Below, one piece after another: positions 35,585 through 35,728 of a stretch of 35,728 nt of DNA. Both the position numbers and the translations under genes were made by a program. Numbering within the stretch: position 1 is the stretch's first letter; each line of letters opens with the position of its first letter. This DNA is from a virus. Its lineage: Duplodnaviria; Caudoviricetes. Where the stretch lies: the IMG/VR virus record IMGVR_UViG_3300031452_000061, positions 1 to 35,728 of that record; one strand, written 5' to 3'. Below the pieces are notes generated by a model that saw nothing but the letters and a program-made list of their open reading frames with translations, was not told the DNA's origin and did not search any database.

Positions 35585-35728
35585 ATGTGGGATGCGCTCG
35601 GCGACACGTTAGACGAGGCCCGCGGGCTTGACCGAGCGAGCGACGCGGGCGCGCACTGCATCGTCGAGAGTCGCTACGTGCCCAGCGCATCCCCCCATGC
35701 ACGGCAGCGGATGCAGGAGCAGGTCTAT
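35585..35728 (+). CDS. 5' end of a gene running off the window, possibly a relaxase
   Basis: SD-like GAGGGA at 35571. MWDALGDTLDE...HCIVESRYVPSASPHARQRMQEQVY is open to the edge and loosely resembles MOB(P) motif I context. Confidence 0.3.
   Translation, partial: MWDALGDTLDEARGLDRASDAGAHCIVESRYVPSASPHARQRMQEQVY

Noticed and set aside
1-35728. cas genes or self-targeting protospacers for the array
   Set aside because: No ORF shows Cas1/2/3/5/6/7 or Cas12 motifs that I can recognise, and I saw no spacer match elsewhere in the window by eye. A computational check is still needed.

Overview
High-GC window that reads as one mobile element, with no core chromosomal genes. It looks like a conjugative plasmid/ICE backbone: the 3' end of a VirD4-like coupling protein at the left edge; a Rep-like gene, pilin-like, PrgI/VirB3-like, VirB4-like and VirB6-like genes and a possible oriT/relaxase start at the right edge. 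A phage/satellite-like cargo sits in the middle: tyrosine recombinase, a 1520-aa primase-helicase-DNA polymerase A fusion with two iteron origins inside its own reading frame, a hub-like/NlpC-P60 protein, and a terminase split into an ATPase gene plus two nuclease-domain genes, with no recognisable capsid or portal. The most unusual feature is a cas-less array at 1516-1916 with type I-E CRISPR geometry (28-nt repeat, about 61-nt period) in which every spacer contains a palindrome; two spacers are perfect 30-32 bp palindromes related by mirrored substitutions. A tnpB-less IS200/IS605 element (725-1498) lies between this array and an outlying degenerate repeat, and its right end points into the array. 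A 274-bp MITE interrupts the VirB6-like gene. Protein calls rest on motif recognition by eye, without database searches. The host is not determinable; Chloroflexota or Actinomycetota is only a guess.
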